A stretch of DNA of 47,373 bases from Chiloscyllium plagiosum (lineage: Eukaryota), in NCBI RefSeq assembly GCF_004010195.1, contig NC_057755.1:10734158-10781530 (forward strand), given 5' to 3'. The position numbers and the translations under genes were made by a program. Below, in pieces: positions 25,826-37,644 of this stretch (position 1 is the stretch's first letter; each line of letters begins with the position of its first letter). Under the pieces are notes generated by a model. It ran no database searches and was not told where the DNA came from. It was given only the letters and a program-made list of their open reading frames with translations.

Positions 25826-27100
25826 TGGGGGTCTATAATACAATCCCAATCATGTGATCATCCGTTTCTTATTTCTTAGTTCCACCCAAATAACTTCCCT
25901 GGATGTATTTCCGGGAATATCCTCCCTCAGTACAGCTGTAATGCCACCCCTAATCAAAAACGCCATACCTTCTCCTCTCTTGCCTCGCTTTCTATCCTTC
26001 CTACAGCATTAGTATCCTTGAACAGTAAGCCACCAGTCCTGCCCTCCCTGAGCCACGTTTCTGTAATTGCTATGATATCCCAGTCCCATGTTCCTAACCA
26101 TGCCCTGAGTTCATCTGCCTTCCCTGTTAGGCCTCATGCATTGAAATAAATGCAGTTTAATTTATCAGTCCTACCTTGCTCTCTGCTTTGTCCCTGCCTG
26201 CTCTGACTGTTTGACTTGCGTCTGTTCTCAATTATACCAGTCTCAAACTGATCTCTTCCCTCACTATCTCTGAATGCCCCCCCCCCCCACTATCCCTGAA
26301 TCCCCCCCCCCCCCCCACTTACTAGTTTAAATCCTCCCTAGTAGCTCTCACATAACTCCCTGCCAATTTATTAGTCCCCTTCCAATTTAGGTGCAATCCG
26401 TCCTTCTTGTACATGTCACTTCTACCACAAGACAGATTCCAATGGTCCAAAAATGTGAATCCTCCTCCCTTACACCAGCTCCTCAACCATGCATTCATCT
26501 GCTCTATCCTCCTATTCCTGCCCTCACTAGCTCATAGCACTAGGAGTAATCCAGATATTGCTACTCTTGAGGACCTCCTTTTTTTAAAAATTCCTGCCTA
26601 TCTCTCTGTAATCTCCCTTCAGAATCTCAACTTTTTCCCTTACTATGTCATTGGTTCCAATGTGTACAATAATCTCTTGCTGGCCCCTCTCCTCCTTGAG
26701 GCCATTCTGCACCCTCTCTGAGACATCCTTGATCCTGGCACCAGGGAAGCAACACACCATTATGATTTTCCGCTGCTGGCCACAGAAACGTCTGTCTGTA
26801 CCTCGGACTAGAGAGTTCCCTAACACAATTGATCTCTTGGACTCCGACATACCCCTCCTCGCATTAGAGCCAGTCTCAATTCCAGAAAATTGGCTGTTCG
26901 TGCTACGTTCCCCTGAGAATCCATCATCCCCTACATTTTCCAAAACAGCATACTTGTTTGAAATGGAGATAGCCACAGAAGACTGTTGCACTAATTGCCT
27001 ACCTCTCTTACCTTTCCTGAAGTTAACCCATCTGTGGGACTGTATCTGCGACTTTCCCCCCTTCTTATAACTGCTATCCATCACATCCCCTTGCTCGGAT
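25826..27100 (-). mobile_element. CR1 5' fragment: ORF1 SGNH-esterase domain and start of the ORF2 endonuclease
   Basis: IVLGNSLVRG...CFPGARIKDV...IIVHIGTNDI esterase blocks; GLYYRPPN endonuclease motif at ~25849. Confidence 0.88.
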
Positions 27101-28449
27101 AGTGTCTGGTCCTGGAAGGCTAATGGACCTGCAACAGAAAGACGAGACAATAAAAGATATACATGTTGTTCTGTACCCCAAAAAGGAGGCAGATGTTATT
27201 CCTGAGGGTTATTATCATGGAGAGAAAGCACTGAAGAAACAGATGTTAGTTACTGCCCCACAGAATGAGGAATCAAATCCAGATTTTGTGGATTTTGAAG
27301 TGCCTCAAAAAATGCTAAACAATGATTTTGTTATGGTCAAAATTGTTAAACAATGAAGAATTCCTTGAAGAGTGTGAAAGGTTAGCAAACAATCCATCTC
27401 AGGAGCAAAGAATACCATTGAGAGGTTTGCTACTGCAGTATGAAGACATATGAAGGAATCAGATGGGGAGGACTAATGCTATTGTACATGAAGTAGACGT
27501 AGGGAATATTGCTCCAATAAAATAACACCCTCATCGGCTAAAGCCAGACAGGTCCAGAGGTAGGAGGAGGCCATGATCAACGAGGATATCATCGAACTGA
27601 GCCACAGCGAGTGGAGTTCACTAATGATGTCAGTTCCCAAAACCTGATGGTACTCAACGATTTTGTGTGGTTTATCCGAAGGTCAATGCCATAACAAAAT
27701 CGGACTCATATTGAAAACTGAGATTGGAGGACTGGATCGAGAAAGTTGGACAAGTCAGTTACACCACTAAGTTGGACTTACTGTGTGGTTATTGGCAGTT
27801 ACCTTTATCAGAGCCGGCAAAATAAATTTCTGCATTTGTAACCCTAAAATGGGCTATATCAATTCAAAATGATGTTCTTTGGAATGAAGAACGCACCCAC
27901 TACACTCCAAAAACTCATGAATAGAGTTGTGGTTGGGTTAACAAACTGTGCAGTCTAGTTGGATGATGTTGTGATCTTTGGTCAGTCCTGGAAAGATCAC
28001 AGTTAGCAGAGCTCTTTAAATGACTAAGAGAGGCAAAACTGGTGATAAACTTATACAAAACTGCATTTGCTAAAGCAGAGGTGATGTTCTCGGGACATAA
28101 TATCAGTCATGAAGATTGACTCCCTGAAGCACAAAGACGAAGGCCATCTAGGGATTTCCACGACCAACCTCAAGTAAAGAGGTGCTTCAATTTGGGGACT
28201 AAGGAGATGTTATCTGAAGTTTGTTCCAAACTTCAGCAGTGTAGTGGCACCACTACAGATTTGCTAAAGAAGAACACAAAATTTCGGTGGACAATACAAT
28301 GCCAGGAGGCATTTACCATTTAAAAGCAATATTAACCTCCACCCCAAGTTTAGCTACAACAAAATTTTCAAGACTCTTGAAAGTTGCCATCAATGCTAAT
28401 GACATAGGATATAGAACTATACAGTTACAGGAAGATGATAATCACATGG

Positions 28450-28870
28450 AACGAGCAGAAAACTAGCCACCAGGATACATGAACATCAACTTGCCACAAA
28501 AAGACATGACCCCCTCTCACTAATATCGTTACGTACAGAGATAGGACACCACTTCAACCGGTACAACACTTCCATCCTAGGACAAGCCAAACAGAGACAC
28601 GTGCGAGAATTCCTAGAAGCATGGCACTCCAATCGGAACTTTATCAACAAACAGATTGACATGCATCCAATTTACCATCCCCTGAGAAAAAAGAACAGGA
28701 AAGGACATCACCACAGGAAATTACATCAACTACTCAAGGAACCTAAACATATAAATGAACAATGGGCCATACCACCAGTGCTTCACCAGAGGCTCACTGA
28801 TGGTGTTACATAGTATGGTGGTGAAATGTCTGAAAACAAATCTTCCAACTCAGCGAGCAAACTTATATGC
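28450..28870 (+). mobile_element. Penelope-like 3' fragment inside the Gypsy element
   Basis: RKLATRIHEHQLATKRHDPLSLIS...REFLEAWHS; degenerate hammerhead-like segment at ~28796-28830. Confidence 0.8.
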
Positions 28871-29975
28871 TGATGAGATTGGTATTTATTCAATGTTACA
28901 TATATGAGGGAAGAAGTTAAGATGAACTTAGATTAAAGTTATATGTATGTCATGGTAATGTGGCTAAGCAATTGAAAATAAAGGAAGTCATCTTTCCATT
29001 GTGATGGTTCATTTTTTTCTTAAGGGGGGAGGTGTATGTTGTACCTTTAAGAAAGAGGCACAGAGTGTGCTGAAAAATATTAAAATGTAACATTTGGTTG
29101 AAACACAGAGCTGGAGCTGCGATATCATAGTTCAAAACAAATTCAAATTTGGCCAATCAGTTTAAATTATGCCCCAGAATTTGAATTTTACTGTTTTGGA
29201 TGATATCAAACCAATGAAATGATCCCATGTTTTGGGTATAAAATGGGAAATTTTGAACAGTTCAGGGGAGAACAGCAAAGAGCTGCCAACCATTAACGTA
29301 ACAGCTTTTGGAAAGGTACCTGTCCATAAGGAATTTGTGTAGTAGAACCGAAGCTGACCCAGAGAAACGTACACAGAAAGTTCGACATCCAAAGACAACA
29401 ACTGGATTTAAAATTGATTTGCCATAAATTTACGTGTATCGTAGAGTGGGAGCGAGAAATAGGATTAAGGGAAAGGAGTTACAAATAGTTGTTGGTTTAA
29501 GAACTTAAAGAATAAAATTGTTGGATTTTTCTTTCAATAGTGACATTTGTCACTCAAAACGTAACAGATTACAGTGTGAGGTGAGCTTTTCTGTGTGTCA
29601 GGTTTAATTTAACAGAAGGGTTTAACCTGTATCATAACACAGACCCCATTCTCCTGGTTTCTCCCCATAATCCTTGAAAAGCTTTCTCATCAACAAACAA
29701 ACATTGGTGGTGGAGCAGACGGCGAAGAAAGCTACCGAAGATTTCAGAGGGCTTTTGATCAATTGGGCCAAAGGAACAAGGAGTGGCAGACAGAATTTAA
29801 TTTGGATAAATGGGTTGCATTTTGCTGGGATGAACAATGGCAGGACTTAAACAGTTAATGGAAGGGCCCTTGGCAGTGTGGCTCTCATTCCTGATGAAGG
29901 GCTCATGCTCAAAACTTCGACTCTTCTGCTCCTCAGATGCTGAGTTTTTCCAGCACCACACTTTTTGACTCTGGG

Positions 29976-30300
29976 TAGATTAGATTAGATTTCCTACAGA
30001 ATGGAAAGAGGCCCATCAACCCAACAAGTCCACAGTGACCCTCATAACAGTAACCCACCCAGACCAGTTTCCCTACATTTACCCCGACGAACGCACCTAA
30101 AACTATGGACAACTTAGCACGGCCAATTCACCTGACCTGTGCATCTTTGGACGTGGGAGGAAATCGTAGCACCCGGAGGACACCCATGCAGACATGGGGA
30201 GAATGTGCAAAATCCACACAGATAGCTGCCTGAGGCAGGAATTGAACCCAGGGACCTGGCACTGCGAGGCAGCAGTGCTAACCACTGAGCCACCATGCCA
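29976..30300 (-). mobile_element. HE1/V-SINE-type SINE inside an old CR1 fragment (~29700-30600)
   Basis: Reverse-complement head at 30300; (AGATT)n tail at ~29977. Confidence 0.85.
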
Positions 30301-30599
30301 TAGTGTTGTCAATCAGAGAGACCTCAAGGTTCAAATATATAGCTTTTTGCAAGTTGTGCCACAGGTACACAGGGAAGTAAAGCAGCCATTTAGCATGCTT
30401 GCCTTAATAGCTCAGATCACGGAGTCTAGGATTTGGGAGTCTACATTGTGCTTGTATAGGTCATCGGTGAGGCCACTTTTGGAGTACCCTGTACAGTTCT
30501 AGTCATCCTTGCATAGAAGGCCTCTATTATTAAATTGGAGACGGTTCCGAAAAGATATACCAGGATGTTGCCAGGGTTTGAGTTATAAGGATAGGCTGG

Positions 30600-31300
30600 G
30601 TAGTCAGGCTGGCAAGTGGTGTGTAGGGTAATGTAACAGCATAGAGGCTGTCGCCCTCTATTACCACCAGCTGTTTTAGTTTTGCCAGGATGGGTTCTTT
30701 TTTGTATCCACAGTCAGATATTGTCAGCAATGACTGGAATGGTGACCAGAAAGATTAAAACCAGAATGGACGCTGCCAGGGAAGGCACCACCAATGGTGT
30801 GTAGGTCAGTGAAAGGTGGCTCAAGACATCCACATTTACCACTTGACCTGTTGGGTGGTGTTCCAACTTGTAATTGTATGCACTGAGAATAACAGCCGGC
30901 CGCTGAATTCAATCAGAAGCTATTGGGGGACACTGTCTTATCTTCTTTAAGGAGCCCGAGGATGGGTCTGTTGTGATCTGTTACTATATCAAATATTTGC
31001 CTGTGACTGAACTGGTGGAACTTTCTCATGCCAAAGATGACTTCCAAACCTCCCCTCTCTACCTCAGAGTAACTGCGTTCAGCATCAGCCGATATCTGGG
31101 AAGGGTACATTACCAGGCTCTCCTCTCCGTTAGGCCAGCAGTGAGCCCACATTAACTTTACCCAGATACCGTAAAGGGAGGCATCACATGTCAACATCAC
31201 CCCTTGCTTTGGATTGTAGTGGGCCAACACCCCAGATGACAATAGCTGGGTTTTTTTTTTCACTTCCCTAAAGTGCCAGGGGTTTTACTTCAATTTTTTC
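30600..31300 (-). mobile_element. Ty3/Gypsy pol fragment (RNase H / integrase zinc-binding remnants)
   Basis: VLAHYNPKQGVMLTCDASLYGI...AERSYSEVERGGLEVIFGMRKFHQF...IVTDH. Confidence 0.8.
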
Positions 31301-31462
31301 AGTAGGATCAGTTATGTAGAAGCTTTTCTTTCCCGTTTCTCGATTAGAGCGAAAAACGAGGGGTTCTCTTCCTGCTGCTAGGATCGCATTGAGACTGTTT
31401 TACTGAATTTGCCTTTTCCCATGGGTGTGTTTATAGCATGTTGCAATATCAGAACAGCTACT

Positions 31463-31789
31463 TTTTTAGATTAGATTAGATTAGATTAGATTAGATTACT
31501 TACAGTGTGGAAACAGGCCCTTCGGCCCAACAAGTCCACACCGACCCGCCGAAGCGCAACCCACCCATACCCCTACATTTACCCCTTACCTAACACTACA
31601 GGCAATTTAGCATGGCCAATTCACCTGACCTGCACACCTTTGGACTGTGGGAGGAAACCGGAGCACCCAGAGGAAACCCACGCAGACATGGGGAGAATGT
31701 GCAAACTCCACACAGTCAGTCGCCTGAGGCGGGAATTGAACCCGGGTCTCTGGCGCTGTGAGGCAGCAGTGCTAACCACCGTGCCGCCC
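31463..31789 (-). mobile_element. Young HE1/V-SINE-type SINE with 6-bp TSD, inserted in an LTR-like remnant (~31315-32052)
   Basis: CpG-rich intact head, (TAGAT)6 tail, GCTACT at 31457-31462 and 31790-31795. Confidence 0.9.
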
Positions 31790-32662
31790 GCTACTGTTTA
31801 CTATGTAGTTAAACATTCTATTATTCTGTTAAGTTTTCGGATTGAGTGAAGTCATTCTAACTTTTTCATTCTTCTGTTTTGATTTAACTATTGTGCATGA
31901 ATGAAATGTTTTGCTTCAAATCTGTTAGCTTGGTCAACCAAATTGCATCTGAAGTGCAATATATGTATCTTCCATCTGCCTTTAAAATAAAGGTTAGGAT
32001 CTAGGCTTGCTTCTTCAGATATTTTGAGGAAGGTTTGGTCTACTTCATAACATTATTCTTTCAAAGTACCACATTTACCGAATTCCAGAAAGATTCTCAT
32101 ATGCTTCTATGCTTCCTCATCTCCTGCCTCTCCCTTCCCTGATTGACAGTCCCTGTAGACGAGCATAAGTGAGAACTTGTGCGCCCCCATTCAGAGACAG
32201 GCCAGTCCAACAACCTAAACATCATAGTCAACCATCACAGACGCCCTTCAGAAAACAGATATTGTCATGGCCGCTCATGTGTAATGTTCCTGACTGGGTC
32301 CATTGCTCTGAATTACCGTGTCCTTATTACCACTTCAATTTTTGTTTCTCCATTGTCAGTTTAATGAGGATGAAAATTCTACAGAATCTGTCTGTTACCA
32401 TAATATACTTGCATTAAAATATTTCATTCGTAACAGTTTTTACTCATTTATTTGTTCATTTATTCTGTTTGTCCTGTGGTTCACAACGTATGTTTATTTC
32501 ATTCTGGTTTGCGTGAGTCAATAATTCTATTGTAAATTTTCACCATGTATTGTGTAATTGAGTTAATGTATTAATCTGAGGCAATTGGTCTGATTTCGCA
32601 AACATGTTAATCTGATGTTTTCCAGTCATGAAGAAGTATACATTTCTTTATTTTGCTTACAG

Positions 32663-33550
32663 TTAATTTAGTGGGAATCGTCATCCTGAATCGAGGCAAT
32701 TGTGGGCTCTCCAAAACGTCGCTTGCTATTTGTTGGTAATGTCTACAGCAGATCTGCTTCTCGTCATCATTAATGTCCTACTGGACTGAATTAGCAACCT
32801 TTCTCTCCCAGTTACTTTTTTATCCATCACTCCTGCGTGAGCCTCGAGAGTTGTTTTCTATGCTGCAGCCCTGGACTGTTCAGTTTGGTTCACAGTTGCT
32901 TACATATTTGATTGGTTTGTAGCAGTTTGTTGCCACAAGCTAACAGCAAGATATTGTAATACGAGGACTGCATTTGTTGCTATAGTAACTGTGTGTGTGG
33001 TCTGCTGTTTGCAGTCAATTGTTTGGTATTTTGCTATTACTCCTTTAGTTGTTATTGACATTGTACTATGGTTTTGCATCACAACGTCAGACTCTGAAAC
33101 ATTATTTTGGAAAGTGTATCTCTGGCTTAATGTTGTAATGATACCATTCCTTCTAATTTTATTGATTTTGATATTCAATGCGCTGACTGTCAAGCGTATT
33201 ATAAGAGCCAACCACATCTACTGTCACCTCCAGATCCACAGAAATGAACAGAATAATACTGATGTAGAGGTGGTAAACTGGAGAAAATCGATGATATTCC
33301 TCTTTGCACCGTCTGCCAATTTTCTATTTGTCGTATGTGCTGTAATCTGATGAGAAGTTAACCAAAATTATAAAGACAAGACTCTCAATAGTCCAATATT
33401 TGTCTTTCAAGAAATTGAATTCATGCTCCAGCTTCTGAGTTCATGTACCAACACCTGCATATACACACTCTAACACAAGCTAAATTTACAGAGGAGTTAA
33501 TCAATGCAGTAAAATATCCATTTACTCGAATTGTTAAATTGTGCAAATAA
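32663..33550 (+). pseudogene. Second GPR139/GPR142-like GPCR pseudogene (exon 2 only recognisable)
   Basis: TTTGCTTACAG acceptor then NLVGIVILNRGNCGLSK / CYLLVMSTADLLLVII..D* ...DCSVWFTVAYIFDWFVAVCC...RKSMIFLFA... FMLQLLSSCTNTCIY / KFTEELINAVKYPF..CK*; several stops and frameshifts; same intron position as the 1331-2389 copy. Confidence 0.88.
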
Positions 33551-33889
33551 GCATACTGGTCGGACCTCCATTTGAAGATGTATTTCTAGTCTTACAACAG
33601 AATCGCCAGGTTGAAAGAGCTTGTGGAATTTTCCTGGCTACATTAACTGAAAGGGAGTCCACTTCCTCAGAATTGGAAAAAAATGACTCTCAGCTATGCA
33701 GATCAGAAATAATCAGTTGTGCAAAAAATTAACAAACTGAACTCAGAATAATATTTCACAGCAATCGAGTATCTGCAAAGGACATTGCCTGGTCAAAGGC
33801 AGACTCTTTGCTGTTCTGGTTGCTAATATATTTATAAAATTTGCTGTATCTCATTAATAAGGTTATGTCCTTGTGCTAAAAGAATAGTG

Positions 33890-34104
33890 AGGAGAAAGTG
33901 AGGACTGCAGATGCTGGAGATCAGAGCTGAAAATGTGTTTCTGGAAAAGCTCAGCAGGTCAGGCAGCATCCAAGGAGCAGGAGAATCCACATTTCGGGCA
34001 TGAGCCCTTCTTCAGGAAGAAGGGCTCATGCCCGAAACGGCAATTCTCCTGCTCCTTGGATGCTGCCTGACCTGCTGCGCTTTTCCAGCAACACATTTTC
34101 AGCT
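33890..34104. mobile_element. Palindromic Penelope-derived mini-element with TSD
   Basis: 33925-34104 is a near-perfect inverted repeat; flanked by AAAAGAATAGTG (33878-33889) and AAAAGGATAGTG (34105-34116). Confidence 0.85.
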
Positions 34105-35357
34105 AAAAGGATAGTGGCAGCCTCACATGAAGATGTTCTATGGCAGCCAAATACAAAAAAAACTTAAAATATTTGAAACTTTTGTCATGCTGGAATCTGA
34201 TTTGACTGGTACCCTTAGCAGCTGGGACCATAGCAGACAATATTTAATACTGTCTTCCACACTCCGTCTTTGACACTATTTCCGAAAACCAACTTGACCA
34301 TTTGTTCCCATTGTTGCGTACTATGTTCCACCATCCATAATTGAAACTACCACTTTGTCAACCTGTTTGCCTTCTTAGAGTCAGAGATGTACAGAAACAG
34401 ACCCTCTGTCCAACTCCTGTACGCTGTCCAGATATCCTGAATCAATCCAGTCCTAGTTTCTCGCACTTGGCCCATACCCTTCCCATTCATATACCATCCA
34501 GATGCCTTTTAAATACTGTAATTGTATCAGCCTCTGCCACTTCCTCTGTCAGTTCATTCCATACATGCACAATGCTCTGCGTGAAAAAGTTGCCCCTTAG
34601 GTCCTTTTTGATATTTTCTTTCACACTAAACCTCTACCCTCCACTTCTTGACTCCCCCACCCGAGGGAAAAGACCTTATTGATTTACTCTATTCATGCCC
34701 CTCATGATTTTATAAATGTCTGTAAGGTCGCCCCTCAGCCTCTGATGCTCCAGGGAAACAGCCCCAGCCTATTCTGTCTCTCCCTGTGTTGCAAACCCTC
34801 CAAACTTGAGAGTATCATTATAAATCTTTTCCGAACCCTTTCAAGTTCCACAACATCCTTCCTGTATGTGGGAGATCAGAATTGCAAATAGTATTCAAAA
34901 ATCGCCTAACTCGATGCTCTGACCAATGAAGGAAACTACACCAATGCCTTCTTCACTGTCCCATCTACCTGCAACTCCACATTCAAGGACCCATGAACTT
35001 GCACTCCAAGGTCTCTGTGTTCATCAACACTCCCATAAGGTCGCCCCTCAGCCTCTGATGCTCCAGGGAAACAGCCCCAGCCTATTCTGTCTCTCCCTGT
35101 GTTGCAAACCCTCCAAACTTGAGAGTATCATTATAAATCTTTTCCGAACCCTTTCAAGTTCCACAACATCCTTCCTGTAAGTGGGAGATCAGAATTGCCT
35201 AACTCGATGCTCTGACCAATGAAGGAAACTACACCAATGCCTTCTTCACTGTCCCATTTACCTGCAACTTCACATTCAAGGACCCATGAACTTGCACTCT
35301 AAGGTCTCTGTGTTCATCAACACTCCCAGAATCTGACTAGTAAGTGTGTAAATTCTG

Positions 35358-35569
35358 GGAGAAAGTGAGGTCTGCAGATGCTGGAGATCAAAGTTGAAAC
35401 TTTATTGCTGGAACAGCACAGCAGGTCAGGCAGCATCCAGGGAACAGGAGATTCGACGTTTCGGGCACAGGCCCTTCCTGAAGAAGGGCCTGTGCCCGAA
35501 ACGTCGAATCTCCTGTTCCCTGGATGCTGCCTGACCTGCTGTGCTGTTCCAGCAATAAAGTTTCAACTC
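35358..35569. mobile_element. Palindromic Penelope-derived mini-element with perfect 16-bp TSD
   Basis: 35392-35568 is an essentially perfect inverted repeat; AAGTGTGTAAATTCTG at 35342-35357 and 35570-35585. Confidence 0.9.
35474..35509 (+). ncRNA. Minimal type-I hammerhead ribozyme motif of Penelope-like elements
   Basis: CUGAAGA core (35478-35484), stem II GGGC-CUGU-GCCC, GAAA, short palindromic helix III ACGU, GUC cleavage triplet at 35503-35505. Confidence 0.7.
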
Positions 35570-36294
35570 AAGTGTGTAAATTCTGCCCTGATTCGTCTTT
35601 CCAAACTGCAGCACCACACATTTATCTGAATTAAACTCCATCTGCCACTCTTCAGCCCATTGGCCCATCTGATTGAGATCCTCTTGTAATCTGAGGTAAC
35701 CTTCTTCACTGTGCACTAAACCTCCAACTTTGGGGTCATCTGCAAACTTATTAACTCTACCTCTTGTGTTCACATCGCAAATCATTTACATAATTGACAA
35801 AAAGCTGTAGATCCAGCACCGATCCTTGTGGCAAACCACTGGTCACAGGCCTCCAGTCTGAAAATCAACCCTCCATCACCCTCTGTCTTCTACCATCATG
35901 ACAATTCTGTATCCAACTGGCTCGTTCTCCCTGAATTCCATGCGATCTAACCAGTCTACCATGAGGAACCTGGTCGAACACCTTACTGAATTCCACATAT
36001 GTCACATCCACCTCTCTGCCCTCATCCTCTTTGTTCATCCTTCAAAAGCTCAATCAAGTTTGTGAGACATGATTTCCCACACAGAAAGCCATGTTGACTA
36101 TCCATTATCAGTTCTTGCCTTTCCAAGTACATGTAAATCCTGTCCCTCAGGTTTCCCTCTCACAACTTGCCCACCACTGATGTCCGGATCACTGGTCTAT
36201 ATTATCCTGGCTTTCCTTCAATTGATTGGCAACCTTCAGTCTTGCAGGACCTCACCTGTGACTATCGCTGATAAAAAAAATCTCAGCTAGTGGC

Positions 36295-37644
36295 CCTGTC
36301 TGGCTTTAGCCGATGAGGGTGTTGTTTTATTGGAGCAATATTCCCTACATCTACTTCATGTACAATAGCATTAGTCCTCCCCATCTGATTCCTTCATATG
36401 TCTTCATACTGCAGTAGCAAACCTCTCAATGGTATTCTTTGCTCCTGAGATGGATTGTTTGCTAACCTTTCACACTCTTCAAGGAATTCTTCATTGTTTA
36501 ACAATTTTGGCCAAAACAAAATCATTGTTTAGCATTTTTTGAGGCACTTCAATATCCACAACATCTGGATTTGATTCCTCATTCTGTGGGGCAGTAACTA
36601 ACATCTGTTTCTTCAGTGTTTTCTCTCCATGATAATAACCCTCAGGAATAACATCTGCCTCCTTTTTGGGGTACAGAACAACATGTATAACTTTTATTGT
36701 CTCGTCTTTCTGTTGCAGGCCCATCAGCCTTCCAGGACCAGACACTATCAGAGCAAGGGGATGTCATGGATAGCAGTTATAAGAAGGGGGAAAAGTCGCA
36801 GATACAGTCCCACAGATGGGTTAACTTCAGGAAAGGAAGGCAATTAGTGCAACAGTCTTCTGTGGCTATCTCCATTTCAAACAAGTATGCTGTTTTGGAA
36901 AATGTAGGGGGTGATGGATTCTCAGGGGAACATAGCACAAACGGCCAAGTTTCTAGTATTGAGACTGGCTCTAATGCGAGGAGGGGTATGTCGGAGTCCA
37001 AGAGATCAATTGTGTTAGGGAACTCTCTAATCCGAGGTACAGACAGACGTTTCTGTGGCCAGCAGTGGAAAATCATAATGGTGTGTTGCTTCCCTGGTGC
37101 CAGGATCAAGGATGTCTCAGAGAGGGTGCAGAATGTCCTCAAGGAGGAGAGGGGCCAGCAAGAGATTATTGTACACATTGGAACCAATGACATAGTAAGG
37201 GAAAAAGTTGAGATTCTGAAGGGAGATTACAGAGAGATAGGCAGGAATTTTTAAAAAAAGGAGGTCCTCAAGAGTAGCAATATCTGGATTACTCCTGGTG
37301 CTACGAGCTAGTGAGGGCAGGAATAGGAGGATAGAGTAGATGAATGCATGGCTGAGGAGCTGGTGTATGGGAGAAGGATTCACATTTTTGGACCATTGGA
37401 ATCTCTTTTGTGGTAGAAATGACCTGTACAAGAAGGACGGATTGCACCTAAATTGGAAGGGGACTAATATACTGGCAGGGAGATTTGAGAGTGCTACTAG
37501 GGAGGATTTAAACTAGTAAGGGAGTGGGGGGCACTCAGGGAGATAGTGAGGGAAGAGATCAGTTTGAGACTGGTATAATTGAGAACAGACATGAGTCAAA
37601 CAGTCAGGGCAGGCAGGGACAAAGCAGAGAACAAGGTAGGACTG
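36295..37644 (-). repeat. Inverted copy of 26166-27552 (CR1-ORF1/Gypsy chimeric junction)
   Basis: ORFs 36697-37254(+) and 36491-36745(-) are near-identical to 26584-27150(-) and 27102-27356(+). Confidence 0.95.

Larger units (their letters stand above)
23598..29639 (+). mobile_element. Ty3/Gypsy LTR retrotransposon with both LTRs (23598-24306; ~29033-29639), decayed and interrupted by CR1 and Penelope insertions
   Basis: Two homologous LTRs ending TCGTAACA/TCATAACA; PBS-like TGGGGACTCCTCACTGGAT at 24310-24328; PPT AAGGGGGAGG at ~29021; E/R-rich gag coiled coil at ~24780-24950; RT FGMKNAP...V*LDDVVIF at ~27880-27978; RNase H LKVAINANDIG at ~28377; flanks CAAA/CAGA as a possible 4-bp TSD. Confidence 0.88.

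Noticed and set aside
32318..32524. Hydrophobic ORF as exon 1 of the second GPCR
   Set aside because: It ends near a GTGAGT donor but lacks the YYPxLAxxGxP signature seen in the other copy; cannot be supported.
26584..37254. Duplicated SGNH-hydrolase 'genes' (26584-27150, 36697-37254)
   Set aside because: These are the esterase domain of CR1 ORF1, frameshifted at an A-run; not host enzymes.
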